Assembly: GCA_043810925.1 (NCBI GenBank)
Contig: JBDRNT010000036.1
Span: forward strand, 22,002 to 86,001
Direction of reading: 5' to 3'
From: Candidatus Eiseniibacteriota bacterium
GTDB taxonomy: Bacteria > Arandabacterota > Arandabacteria > Arandabacterales > Arandabacteraceae
DNA length: 64,000 nt
Made by a program: the position numbers and the translations under genes. Under the pieces are notes generated by a model that saw only the letters and a program-made list of their open reading frames with translations, was not told the origin of the DNA and ran no database searches. Below, piece after piece: positions 27,198 to 37,026 of this stretch; position 1 is the stretch's first letter, and each line of letters opens with the position of its first letter.

Positions 27198-30100
27198 CTA
27201 TCGGAGAACCACCATCTTCGCCGTGGACGTTTTCGGTCCTGAACCAAGTCTCACAATGTAAACGCCGGGAGAGACGGCATTGCCGGAAAGGTTACGGCAG
27301 TTCCAGATAACCCGGTGGTCGCCCTGCTCACACCCGTCAATTTCCTGTTTCCATACCAGCCGGCCTGAAACGTCGAAAACCATGACCCTTGCAGACCCTG
27401 CCGAGGTAAGTCCGAATACTATCTCGGCTCTGTCGGAGACAGGGTTGGGCGCCACACGGTGGACACCGAATCCGAGCTCAGCGAATCCGCTCTCAGTAAC
27501 TGCCGCCGCGTCGACATCACCCTCCCAGGTCCTCATATAGACCTCTGTTTCTTCATCCCTGCCATCCGTCCAAACGATCGCCACCCTGCCGTGGGCATCG
27601 GCAGCCACAGAGGGCTTGGCGGCTTCTTTTACCGGGCTGACCTCGGTTACAGCAGACCATGCATCCGAGTAAATCCTATGCAAGATCGTGTTACCGCCAT
27701 AGTCCTCATATACCAGGTGAAATCTCCCCTTCCCATCGCCGCAAAGGTTGGGCAACTTGTCCCAGAGAGCAATCACACCGACGTCAGTCCAGGCTTCGCC
27801 GTCCTTAATCATGCCCAGGAGCTTGCATGTGTAGAAGTCGTCCCTCCATACAACCATAACGCGGCCTGAGTTGTCACAGGCACATGTTGCGGTCACGAGC
27901 TGTCCTGGCTCGCATGGCATTCTCTGGTTGCCGGACCACGATTCGCCATCGTAAACATCATAGTATATGTGGAAATCTCCCTCCCTCCTGTCCGACCAGA
28001 ACACATATGTGTTGCCCAGACTGTCGGAAGCAGCAGTAGCATACCGCGAATTCACACCGATGTTCGTGATTCTCTCTTCCTCGATCCAGTCGGTGCCGCC
28101 CCAACGCACGCAGAATACCTCCCAGTGTCCATATCTGTTATCGTCATAGAAGACGAACGGGTTCCCCTCTGTGTCGACGGTGAGGCATGGAAACTCCGAG
28201 TCGACGCTGTCAGCGGGACTCAGGAGTTCATCCTCACTCCATGATTCACCATCAAAGCACTTGTAATAGACCTCCCAACTGCCATCGCGACTGTCATTCC
28301 AGCACAAATGGAGGCGGCCGTCGGGGCCCAGCACGATCGAAGCATCTCTGGAAATCCACGTGTCCGTCGTAAGCCTGGTCTCTGCTTCCCACGCGTTGCC
28401 GTCCCACCTGCGGTAGTAGATTTCGTAATTCCCGTCCCTGCGGTCGTGCCAGACTACATGCACCACGCCGTTGGCCTGTCTGGACACGGACCTGCAGTTG
28501 TTCCTCCCGGTCAGTGAGGCAGCGGGATCGGATGAGACTCTTTTCTCTACGCCCCATGGTGTCTCGTAAGTTGTGATAGCATCCAAGAGTACCGTCTTCT
28601 GTAGATCGGGGTTCTTGAGATGGAGGTCCCATTGCCCGGGAACCGCATTGTTCAACCTGAACCCACACTTGATGTGGGTAGACGACATCAGCTCAACACT
28701 GTAGGCTATCTTGTCGCTTTCGCCGGCTTTCTCGAGCCAGACGGAGCAGCCCAGTCGGAAGCCTGTACCGAAGATATCCGCGGTGATGTTAAACGTGTTC
28801 GGGGCTCGAGCAGGATAGAAGCAGTTGATGGTCGGCGGGGGTCCCACCGTGGGAAGCCAGCAGCTGCAGCAGATCTCCCGATCTCCCCATCTGTCATCCT
28901 GCCATATGACATGGACGCTCCCCATCGGATGCACTGCGACCGATGGCATCTCGGCCTTGCCCGCAGACGTCGTCACCCGCTCAGCATCACCCCAGCCACC
29001 ACCACTGTTAACCATGCAGTAGATGGCATGTTCGATCGGTTGATGGAAGGGCATATGACGATCCTCCCACACGACATAGGCACATCCGTCACCGCCCACC
29101 GCAATCGACGGGTTGAAAATGTCGGCATACGTGCTCATGATCTCTGTTTCCGGGCTCCAGCCCGCAGCATCCTTTGACTTGTAGTATATCGCTAGGTCGT
29201 CAACATCACGGGCATCGATCCAGACCAAATGGACTCTTCCATCGGGTCCTACACACAAGGAGGGTTCCCTTGAATCCCCTGGCTCTCCCGATCGCCGCTC
29301 GTCAGGACCCCACACACCTCCCTCGCATACCTTGCAATAGATCTCGTTGCCGCTGGGGCACTGCCTCTGCCATGCCACGTGGATGTCGCCTGCCGGAGTT
29401 ACGTCCAAACACGGGTGTGTCTCGTAGCTCTGGGAGTCGGACAAGCGGGTGTCCTCGCTCCAGGCAACGCCGTCAAACCTTTTGTAGTAGATGTCATAGC
29501 GTCCATTGCGGCCGTCACTCCAGACCACATGAACCCGGGCGCTGTCGTCGGCTGCGACAGCCGGGTAGAGCGACATTCCCGGATCACGGGTCAGTCTCTC
29601 ATCTTTCCCCCAGGCGGATCCGTCATAGCACTTGTAGAAAATCTCATAGTTGGTGGTTCTGTGCTCATACCACACGACGTGTACCCTACCCATTGCATCG
29701 GTGGCCACTGCAGGCTCCCACGTATTGCCGGAAGAGTGAGTCAAGCGCTCCGCAGGAAACCACCCGGATTCATCGCAGTGAGTGTAGTAGACCTGCCTGA
29801 TGCCGTCTCTCTCATCCATCCAGACAGCATGGAGGTTCCCGGAGGGATCGCAGTCGATACAGCGCCCCGCACTCGTGTATGATCCGCCCGGAGCATCAGT
29901 CAGCCTTGTGGCGTCACTCCAGAGCCTCGCGGGCAGAACCTCGATGGCAGAGACAAGCGTATCCGTCTGGCGGTAGGCGTTCCTCAGAATCAGATCCCAG
30001 CCCCCAAGCGCTGCATTACCGAGTCTGATGTCACAAGTGATGGAATCGCTCGAGTGTACGAGGATGTTACGTGCTTCCAAGTCGGACTCACCGTCCCTCT

Positions 30101-31370
30101 CGAGCCACGCCCTCACGGGATACACGAAACCTGAACCTGCGATGTCGGTGATGTGCACGGTCTCATTGCTGAACCAGCTCGACGGCTCAATTGACCAGAT
30201 CTCAAGATCTGGAATGTCTCCCTCGAACTCTCTCGTCCATGCTACTCCGTATGTGCCGCTATAGTTCTGATTCCAGACCACGTGGGCACATCCATCCCGG
30301 TCAGTCGCAATCGATGGATTTCTCACATCGCCCTTGGCTTCGCTGAGACATTGCGCCTCACTCCAGAATGTCCCGTCATAAACCATGTAGTAGATTTGGG
30401 CGGTACCGGTGTCCGTGTCACGCCACGTCACGTGGATGTGACCGCTGTCACCAACCGCTATCGAAGGATGTTTGGCCGCATTCTGAGACGTCGTAAGCCT
30501 CTCCTCCACCGACCACCCCGAGTGATCACGGCGCTTGTAATAGATCTCGTCGCTCCCGGAGCGTTCATCCGACCACACAACGTGCGCCACACCGAGCCCA
30601 TCCACCACGATGCACGCATCCTCCGAGCTCGAAGCGTCATCCGTCAACCTGGTATCCTCACTCCACGAGTCTCCATTGCGAACCTTGTAGTAGATCTCAT
30701 CATTGCCGTCCCTGGCGTCTCGCCACACGACATGAACCATTCCATCCGGCCCTACCGCGACGGACGGGTAGCGAGAATCCCCCGTGCTATCCGTCAGCTG
30801 CGCATCCGCACTCCAGCTCATTCCGCCGAACTTCTTATAGAACACTTGATGGTCACCGTCCCGGTCATCATGCCAGACAACGTGTACGTAGCCGCTATCA
30901 TCGCAGGCGGCGCTGGGGTTGCCCGAGATTCCATCTGCACTGGTCAGGCGCTCATCGGGACCCCAGGAGGCCCCGTCGAATCGTTTGTAGTAAATCTCCC
31001 AGTTCCCGTCTCGGTAGTCATGCCAGAAGACATGGATGTGCTCTCCGTGGGTCGCGATGCACTCACCCGAAGAACCACCCGAATCGAACGTTAGACGCTC
31101 GCGCTCCGACCAGCCGGCATCTTCGAGCTGCCGGTAACAGATTTCATAGTTGCCCTCAAGCATCGCATTGTACACGAGATTGAGTTTCCCATCCGGCCCA
31201 AATGCGATGTTCCGTCCACCACTGGGAGATGTTCGGGCAAGAATGTCGGTCACTCTGAGGTCAATGAACCAGCCCGCACAGGATGTAGAGGGCAATGCAC
31301 AGTTGAGAATCACCGCAGAACACATGACGAATGATGCGATTCGGCACAGCCTGAGGGTCGAAATTCCCAT
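27198..31370 (-). CDS. Large secreted repeat protein (BNR/sialidase-like propeller repeats, Ig-like spacers, FlgD-Ig tail)
   Basis: Many HVVWxDxRDGNxEIYY repeats in three blocks; APNP...FDVSGR...W...SPGVY tail; ATG after GGAGG. Confidence 0.78.
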   Translation of the reverse strand: MGISTLRLCRIASFVMCSAVILNCALPSTSCAGWFIDLRVTDILARTSPSGGRNIAFGPDGKLNLVYNAMLEGNYEICYRQLEDAGWSERERLTFDSGGSSGECIATHGEHIHVFWHDYRDGNWEIYYKRFDGASWGPDERLTSADGISGNPSAACDDSGYVHVVWHDDRDGDHQVFYKKFGGMSWSADAQLTDSTGDSRYPSVAVGPDGMVHVVWRDARDGNDEIYYKVRNGDSWSEDTRLTDDASSSEDACIVVDGLGVAHVVWSDERSGSDEIYYKRRDHSGWSVEERLTTSQNAAKHPSIAVGDSGHIHVTWRDTDTGTAQIYYMVYDGTFWSEAQCLSEAKGDVRNPSIATDRDGCAHVVWNQNYSGTYGVAWTREFEGDIPDLEIWSIEPSSWFSNETVHITDIAGSGFVYPVRAWLERDGESDLEARNILVHSSDSITCDIRLGNAALGGWDLILRNAYRQTDTLVSAIEVLPARLWSDATRLTDAPGGSYTSAGRCIDCDPSGNLHAVWMDERDGIRQVYYTHCDESGWFPAERLTHSSGNTWEPAVATDAMGRVHVVWYEHRTTNYEIFYKCYDGSAWGKDERLTRDPGMSLYPAVAADDSARVHVVWSDGRNGRYDIYYKRFDGVAWSEDTRLSDSQSYETHPCLDVTPAGDIHVAWQRQCPSGNEIYCKVCEGGVWGPDERRSGEPGDSREPSLCVGPDGRVHLVWIDARDVDDLAIYYKSKDAAGWSPETEIMSTYADIFNPSIAVGGDGCAYVVWEDRHMPFHQPIEHAIYCMVNSGGGWGDAERVTTSAGKAEMPSVAVHPMGSVHVIWQDDRWGDREICCSCWLPTVGPPPTINCFYPARAPNTFNITADIFGTGFRLGCSVWLEKAGESDKIAYSVELMSSTHIKCGFRLNNAVPGQWDLHLKNPDLQKTVLLDAITTYETPWGVEKRVSSDPAASLTGRNNCRSVSRQANGVVHVVWHDRRDGNYEIYYRRWDGNAWEAETRLTTDTWISRDASIVLGPDGRLHLCWNDSRDGSWEVYYKCFDGESWSEDELLSPADSVDSEFPCLTVDTEGNPFVFYDDNRYGHWEVFCVRWGGTDWIEEERITNIGVNSRYATAASDSLGNTYVFWSDRREGDFHIYYDVYDGESWSGNQRMPCEPGQLVTATCACDNSGRVMVVWRDDFYTCKLLGMIKDGEAWTDVGVIALWDKLPNLCGDGKGRFHLVYEDYGGNTILHRIYSDAWSAVTEVSPVKEAAKPSVAADAHGRVAIVWTDGRDEETEVYMRTWEGDVDAAAVTESGFAELGFGVHRVAPNPVSDRAEIVFGLTSAGSARVMVFDVSGRLVWKQEIDGCEQGDHRVIWNCRNLSGNAVSPGVYIVRLGSGPKTSTAKMVVLR

Positions 31371-31466
31371 CGCAGCCTCCCCGGCCGGGGCATCAAACAT
31401 AGCCCGCATGAGCGATCTTACCACGTCTCCGCCATGCGAAGCAAGGTAGACGACCTGCACCTGTTC

Positions 31467-32414
31467 CTATCTATACAAGTTCTTGATCCCGCCCCAACTG
31501 GTCGGGGGTGTAGCAGCAGGCGACATGCAGGGTCCCCAACAGTGAAGATATATGCGCCACGCCGCCTCACTGAAACCGTACCACGACAAGCACCCCCGGT
31601 TAGCATGCTTCCCGTCAGGAATCCCACGAGGCGGCCAGTATTCGAAAGAGCAATTCCCAACATAGCCGGAGCGCACCGGTGCACCATCTCCACCAGCGCA
31701 GGCTCTTGGATACACTGCGGGCAGACAGCCTATGTCGTGCATCTCACAGCCTGTCTCAACAGACGTACCGACGTTATCGAACCCGACCGCCGGATACCTA
31801 CCCTCCACCCCAATGAAGGTCATCGTGACAATTATGCCGGGATACTCCGGGTCAGACTCGAAGCAGTCGTAGACCTCGATGCCGTCGCCCTCATTGACAG
31901 CAATATAGTCCCACCCGAAAGCCGTCTCCACAGGACCGCTATCCCAGAGAGGAAGAAGCGGGTTCTGGCTCATGTCCGAGCACCAGACTCCCATCTCTAT
32001 GGTGAAGAGACCAGGATAGTATGTACCATAGCCGGCGAAATCAAGGACTCTGATATGCTCAAGCACAACACAATCAAGTGGGTCGCACGGATCAAAGCCC
32101 CCGGTGCCGACATCACCAATCCTGAAGTGGGCCCCCAGCATATCACCTGGTTCCCAGCCATACACCCCCCAGAACCATGAATATGCAGGGCAGGGAATGA
32201 AATAGTAATACTGGAGGGCGCAATCATAGCGAGGTTCATTCCCGAAGTCCTCACTCATTAGGTAGGGTTTAACCTCAAAAGGATGGATATCGTCCCACAC
32301 CTTGCGGGGTCTCACATCGACGCGTGGTATCTCATCGACAGCCGATGCATATGAGGACCACAGACATAAGACAACAGCGGCCATAACCCAAACAAGCCTT
32401 GCAGCCCTAGACAT
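31467..32414 (-). CDS. Secreted Cys-rich SWGGIKNLYR protein (paralogue 3)
   Basis: Signal peptide; visibly collinear with 26223-27155. Confidence 0.75.
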   Translation of the reverse strand: MSRAARLVWVMAAVVLCLWSSYASAVDEIPRVDVRPRKVWDDIHPFEVKPYLMSEDFGNEPRYDCALQYYYFIPCPAYSWFWGVYGWEPGDMLGAHFRIGDVGTGGFDPCDPLDCVVLEHIRVLDFAGYGTYYPGLFTIEMGVWCSDMSQNPLLPLWDSGPVETAFGWDYIAVNEGDGIEVYDCFESDPEYPGIIVTMTFIGVEGRYPAVGFDNVGTSVETGCEMHDIGCLPAVYPRACAGGDGAPVRSGYVGNCSFEYWPPRGIPDGKHANRGCLSWYGFSEAAWRIYLHCWGPCMSPAATPPTSWGGIKNLYR

Positions 32415-32506
32415 TCTCGCTCAACTCCTCTTCACAATCATGATACCACAACCGTGCAGGGAATTGAAGCAAGAACTGACCAGCGGCACAGGTGCGAGGA
32501 GCAAAA

Positions 32507-32581
32507 TGGTAGCGCCACGGGGAATCGAACCCCGGTCTGATGGCTGAGAACCACCTATCCTAACCCCTAGACGATGGCGCC
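32507..32581 (-). tRNA. tRNA-Glu(CUC)
   Basis: GGCGCCA/TGGCGCT acceptor stem, anticodon arm GGTGG-TTCTCAG-CCATC, GGTTCGATTCC T-arm, encoded CCA. Confidence 0.95.
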
Positions 32582-32708
32582 ACCTACTATTTCGAGAAGA
32601 TATTTCAAGGACTTTCTGAAGGCTAAGATAAGCGGATGGGGGCCGGATTGTCAATAAATAAGTGGGAACCGACGGTTGGATTGCCGGGCACGGAGACCCG
32701 ACACCATG

Positions 32709-32743
32709 GAGATTGCTTCGTCACTCCGTTCCTCGCGATGACA
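32709..32743. repeat. REP-like element of the GATTGCTTCG...CTCGCxATGAC type
   Basis: GAGATTGCTTCGTCACTCCGTTCCTCGCGATGACA, single intergenic copy. Confidence 0.6.
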
Positions 32744-32876
32744 TGGGGCGGAAGGTCGGGGTTGACGGGACGCGGGCTCTATATTATAGTGTCCTTTGTA
32801 AGTCATCTTCTTCTGTGCAACGCGTCGAGTCCAATTCAAAAACCCTGGTACCTCTCCCCTGTTGAGGAGTGACTGC

Positions 32877-35111
32877 ATGAAACGATGGATCACAGGCACA
32901 GTCTATACATGTATCGCAGCATTGGCATTGATGGCTGTGCTTCCCTGTCGAGCGGAACCACAAGAACCCCACAGGGTCCCCAAGTTGAGTTCCGATGTCA
33001 ATGTCGACGGTCATCTGGATGAGCGCATCTGGGAGAAAGCCCTCCTGCTCACGCTTGACTACGAGGTGCGTCCCAGTGAGAATGTACCGCCACCGGTTAA
33101 GACCGAGATACTTCTCGCCTATGATGAGACACATCTCTACTGCGGTGTCCGCGCTTATGACCCTGATCCGTCACAGATCTGTGCCCGGCTCTGTGATCGC
33201 GACAATCTGTGGGACGACGACTGGTTTGCGCTCAATCTTGACACCTTCAACGACCAGCGCCGCTCCTACCTCCTTTTCTGTAACCCGCTTGGCGTCCAGG
33301 CCGACAACATCGAGGTCACCGGGGGCGATGGAACCGAGTGGGATCCAATCTGGGATTCGGCGGGACGAATCACTGAAGAAGGTTATGTGTTGGAGATGGC
33401 GGTACCCTTCAGTTCGCTGCGGTTCCAGCGGACCGATGAAGACCAGATATGGGGGATCGATGCCATCCGGAGCTACCCACGGAGTGTGCGCCATCACATA
33501 GGGCTTTTCCCGCGTGACCGGGACAACAACTGCTATCTCTGCCAGGCGGAGAAACTGATCGGCTTTGCGGGGGCGACCCCGGGGAGGAATATCGAACTCG
33601 CCCCTACCTTCTCGACAGTCCACACCCAGATCCGGGAGGATGAGGATGTCGAAGAGGACTTCCTCCCGGTCGACAGCAGCTATGAACCGGGGCTTACTGC
33701 GCGGTGGGGCCTTACACCGAATCTCACCCTGAGCGGCACTCTCAATCCCGACTTCTCCCAGGTCGAGGCGGACGCAGCCCAGCTGGACATAAACACCCAG
33801 TACGCGATCTACTATTCCGAGAGACGTCCCTTCTTCCTCGAATACGCCGACATCTTCCACAGCGAACTCCAGATCGTCCATACACGCACACTGGCTGACC
33901 CAGCATGGGGCATAAAACTCACCGGCAAGGAACGGCCCGAGAACACGATCGGGGCATTCATGGTTATGGATAAAGTTACGAACCTCCTCATACCGGGAAA
34001 CGAGGGTTCGGAGACCACTGAACTTGACACAAAGTCTCTGGGTTCGGTGCTGCGCTCACGCCGGGATGTCGGAAGCTCCTCTACTCTGGGAATGTTGTTC
34101 ACCGATCGTGAGGGCAACGACTACTACAACAGGGTGGGAGGCTTTGACTGTGACATGAGGATCACTGAACAGGAACTAGTGAGGTTCAACGTGCTGGGCT
34201 CCCAGACACGCTATCCCGACACCGTCGTCTCGGAGTTTGGCCAGCCGGATGGCGTTTTCCAGGATATGGCCTTTGATTTTTTCTATATGCACTCGACCAG
34301 GGGACTCGACTACTACGCGATCCTGCGTGATGTGGGATCCGACTTCAGGGCGGACCTGGGTTACAGGCCGAAGGTGGGCTACAGATTCGGTGAGGCGGGC
34401 TGGGGTCATACCTGGCACAACGACAGCGATCACTGGTATAACATGCTCAACTTCGGCATGGGCTACGAGTATGAGGAAAAGGAAAGCGGCGACCTTCTCT
34501 ATAAGGGCGTCGCATCGTGGTTTAACTTCAGCGGGCGATCACAGTCATTCGTCAACATGTGGGGCTTTTACGGAAGGCAGAAGTACGATCGTGTTGACTT
34601 CAATCGCAGGATCCTGAATTTAGAAGGGGGTTTCTGGCCCACGTGTTCGCTCTTCCTCTTCCTCGACGCAACGGTCGGAGACGGCATCGACTATGATCAC
34701 ACACGGGAGGGCACGGAGATCACATTGGAACCGTTTGTCGAATACCTGCTGGGATGTCACCTGAGATTCGAGATTGGACACACCTTCCAGCGGCTCGACG
34801 TCGATGAGGGGCGTCTTTATACCGCGAATATCAGCAGGCTCAAGGCGATCTACCAGATTAACAGACGCAGTTTTCTCCGCGCGATCCTTCAGTACATGGG
34901 CTACGACCAGAACACCGACCTCTTCGCCGATGCTGACACAAAGCCAAGGGAGACCTATCTTCTAAGCCAGCTCCTCTTCTCCTATAAGGTAAACCCGCAG
35001 ACAGTCCTCTTTGTTGGGTACAACGATGGGTACTACAGTGATCAGGATATCAGCCTGACGCAATCAGACCGGACAGTGTTTGTGAAGGTTGGTTACGCCT
35101 GGACCCTGTAA
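32877..35111 (+). CDS. CBM9-like plus DUF5916-type outer-membrane protein
   Basis: Signal peptide; VDGHLDE, LDTFND, NPDFSQVEAD, ERRPFFLE; beta-barrel-like aromatic C-terminus. Confidence 0.75.
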   Translation: MKRWITGTVYTCIAALALMAVLPCRAEPQEPHRVPKLSSDVNVDGHLDERIWEKALLLTLDYEVRPSENVPPPVKTEILLAYDETHLYCGVRAYDPDPSQICARLCDRDNLWDDDWFALNLDTFNDQRRSYLLFCNPLGVQADNIEVTGGDGTEWDPIWDSAGRITEEGYVLEMAVPFSSLRFQRTDEDQIWGIDAIRSYPRSVRHHIGLFPRDRDNNCYLCQAEKLIGFAGATPGRNIELAPTFSTVHTQIREDEDVEEDFLPVDSSYEPGLTARWGLTPNLTLSGTLNPDFSQVEADAAQLDINTQYAIYYSERRPFFLEYADIFHSELQIVHTRTLADPAWGIKLTGKERPENTIGAFMVMDKVTNLLIPGNEGSETTELDTKSLGSVLRSRRDVGSSSTLGMLFTDREGNDYYNRVGGFDCDMRITEQELVRFNVLGSQTRYPDTVVSEFGQPDGVFQDMAFDFFYMHSTRGLDYYAILRDVGSDFRADLGYRPKVGYRFGEAGWGHTWHNDSDHWYNMLNFGMGYEYEEKESGDLLYKGVASWFNFSGRSQSFVNMWGFYGRQKYDRVDFNRRILNLEGGFWPTCSLFLFLDATVGDGIDYDHTREGTEITLEPFVEYLLGCHLRFEIGHTFQRLDVDEGRLYTANISRLKAIYQINRRSFLRAILQYMGYDQNTDLFADADTKPRETYLLSQLLFSYKVNPQTVLFVGYNDGYYSDQDISLTQSDRTVFVKVGYAWTL

Positions 35112-35115
35112 GAAA

Positions 35116-35142
35116 AGCGGGGTGGGTCTCCCCCACCCCGCT
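35116..35142. terminator. Hairpin between convergent genes
   Basis: AGCGGGGTGGG-TCTCC-CCCACCCCGCT. Confidence 0.65.
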
Positions 35143-35165
35143 GTCATAGATCTCACCAAAACCTG

Positions 35166-35774
35166 CTACGCCGGCCCCTCGAACTCCTCATCCATGGTGA
35201 CGTGGATAGTGATACAGGCCTTCCAGTCAAATACCATAGGGTCGGATGGACTAGGATCAGGGTCGACGTCGCCCGTTTCGCTGACCACGGTGAATGTCAG
35301 GACCGGGTTGGCACCGCCCAGGAAGTCTTGCAAGGCCTGGTCGAGAATCGCAACGCCACCGGGCTCCAGATCCGCGGTGACACTGACTCCCAGCGTCGCC
35401 AGGATTGACAAACTCGTGTATTCAATCAGCGTCGCGTCAGCGCCCGCGTCCCTCCGGACCGTAATCTCTCCGGAGCACGTCCAGTCATGGGTGTGCGAGA
35501 AGGCGGTCACCGTGTAAGAGCCACCCACCACAACGGCGCTCACGATGTCATCCCGGCTTATGTCGTTATCCGCGAGAATGTCTTCGATTTCCTCTCCGTA
35601 GTTCACCGTCTTCGGTGTTGTGAAATTCTCTGAATCCTCATCCTCGTGGAAGTCAGCACAAGTCGTCCCAGTGAGGACGATCTCGATGACCTTATCCTCA
35701 AGGAGACAACTCACACCGCCAAACATAATGAACACGAGAAGCAGGATAAGTATCATACCTGAAATCGTTTTCAT
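35166..35774 (-). CDS. Hypothetical acidic lipoprotein
   Basis: Hydrophobic leader ending GVSC; RBS GGAGAG. Confidence 0.6.
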   Translation of the reverse strand: MKTISGMILILLLVFIMFGGVSCLLEDKVIEIVLTGTTCADFHEDEDSENFTTPKTVNYGEEIEDILADNDISRDDIVSAVVVGGSYTVTAFSHTHDWTCSGEITVRRDAGADATLIEYTSLSILATLGVSVTADLEPGGVAILDQALQDFLGGANPVLTFTVVSETGDVDPDPSPSDPMVFDWKACITIHVTMDEEFEGPA

Positions 35775-35801
35775 GGTCTCACTCTCCTCCGCGCTCTTCG
35801 C

Positions 35802-36734
35802 CTAGTTGCCAATGGATACCCCGAACGAGAAACTGCTCATACCGGCAAGGCTGTACTCGACATGGCCGTTGACGGCAGGCAGATTCAGTGCCAGCCCAAC
35901 CGTGAAACGGACTGACGAATCGGTCCCGAAATCGAGATTGATCGCTTCCGCATCACCAGACGCATCACTCTCGTACGCGACCTCCATGGAGGATCGATCG
36001 AGAGAAAGACCTGTATACGGTTCTATGAAGAGTATGCCGTAGGCGAATCGCTTGCTTGCCTGGGCTCCTATGGACAGGGCGCTGCTCTTCATCAGATCGC
36101 CACCGGCAGCGTTTTCCCCGATCTTAAAACTCTGCCAGAAAAAGCCTCCCGATAAAGCAACCGGGAAGGCAGGATCCAGGTACTGCGATATGCTGTGCCT
36201 GAGACCAAACCCGAAGAGCGAGATATTGCCCAACTCGACATCACCGATATCAACCGCGATGTAACGAATCAACGCCTCAGTTCCCATGTAGGATCCGATA
36301 CGAAGCTGGGGCGTTGCCAGAGTAAGTGCGCCGATATCGAAACCTCCCGGGAAAATGAAACTCGTCCCGGCCTGTCCGTCTACGATCGTGGCATCTCCGG
36401 GCCCCACGACGGTAGAGGTTTCCGCCGTTTTCTGCGGCAGGAAGTCACCCTCGGTGGTAGCCTCAAAAGTCTTGTCGTCGTTACCGAAGCGTGCCGACAT
36501 CATCCGCACCTCAAAGCGAAGGTACATATCCGTCTTTGGGATGTATGCCGAATGGAAGAGCCCGCTGTTTAAGTCAGCACCGACCCCGTCGGCCAGGGGC
36601 TGAAGATACCCGGTTGCGTTGTCCCCGCTGTAGTTGGATAGCTGGTCTTCTACCTGAGCCGCCGATCCGGAAACCAGACACAGGATCAGGAGAGGACTCG
36701 CAACTGCCGTCAAGAAACGCTTTGGACTTGCCAT
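35802..36734 (-). CDS. Outer-membrane protein, DUF6588-like
   Basis: Signal peptide; NATGYLQPL..DLNSGLF, PQLRIG, GFGLRHSISQY. Confidence 0.6.
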   Translation of the reverse strand: MASPKRFLTAVASPLLILCLVSGSAAQVEDQLSNYSGDNATGYLQPLADGVGADLNSGLFHSAYIPKTDMYLRFEVRMMSARFGNDDKTFEATTEGDFLPQKTAETSTVVGPGDATIVDGQAGTSFIFPGGFDIGALTLATPQLRIGSYMGTEALIRYIAVDIGDVELGNISLFGFGLRHSISQYLDPAFPVALSGGFFWQSFKIGENAAGGDLMKSSALSIGAQASKRFAYGILFIEPYTGLSLDRSSMEVAYESDASGDAEAINLDFGTDSSVRFTVGLALNLPAVNGHVEYSLAGMSSFSFGVSIGN

Positions 36735-36874
36735 AGCACCTCCTCCTTGGTTAAAGGCCAGTCTATGAAATCTCTATCAAACCCGTGAAAGGGATTCTAA
36801 GCACTGATGCGCAGTGATGTAAAGCTTAATGTTGGTCAAAGTCATCGAGTGCCGGCCAAGATGGTCTATTCAGA

Positions 36875-36903
36875 TTGACAAAACTGCAAATAGCCTTTAT
36901 AAT
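36875..36903 (+). promoter_or_regulatory. Perfect sigma70 promoter
   Basis: TTGACA-N17-TATAAT. Confidence 0.8.
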
Positions 36904-37026
36904 TCCGCATGAAAAGACGATAAGTGATATATGATGTGGGGGACATCCACGGAGGGGATGTACCCGTTCCAAGCCCGCTCACGGCAGAGCATACCAGGCT
37001 GACTGTTTGAATGGAGGTTACATACC

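Noticed and set aside
4944-31460. ORF-track starts at 5870, 10570, 11719, 13853, 22809 and 31460
   Set aside because: They run through promoters, leaders or neighbouring genes; downstream starts with an RBS fit better
32421-32700. Integrative element at tRNA-Glu
   Set aside because: No integrase gene, and I noticed no duplicated tRNA 3' end in the window
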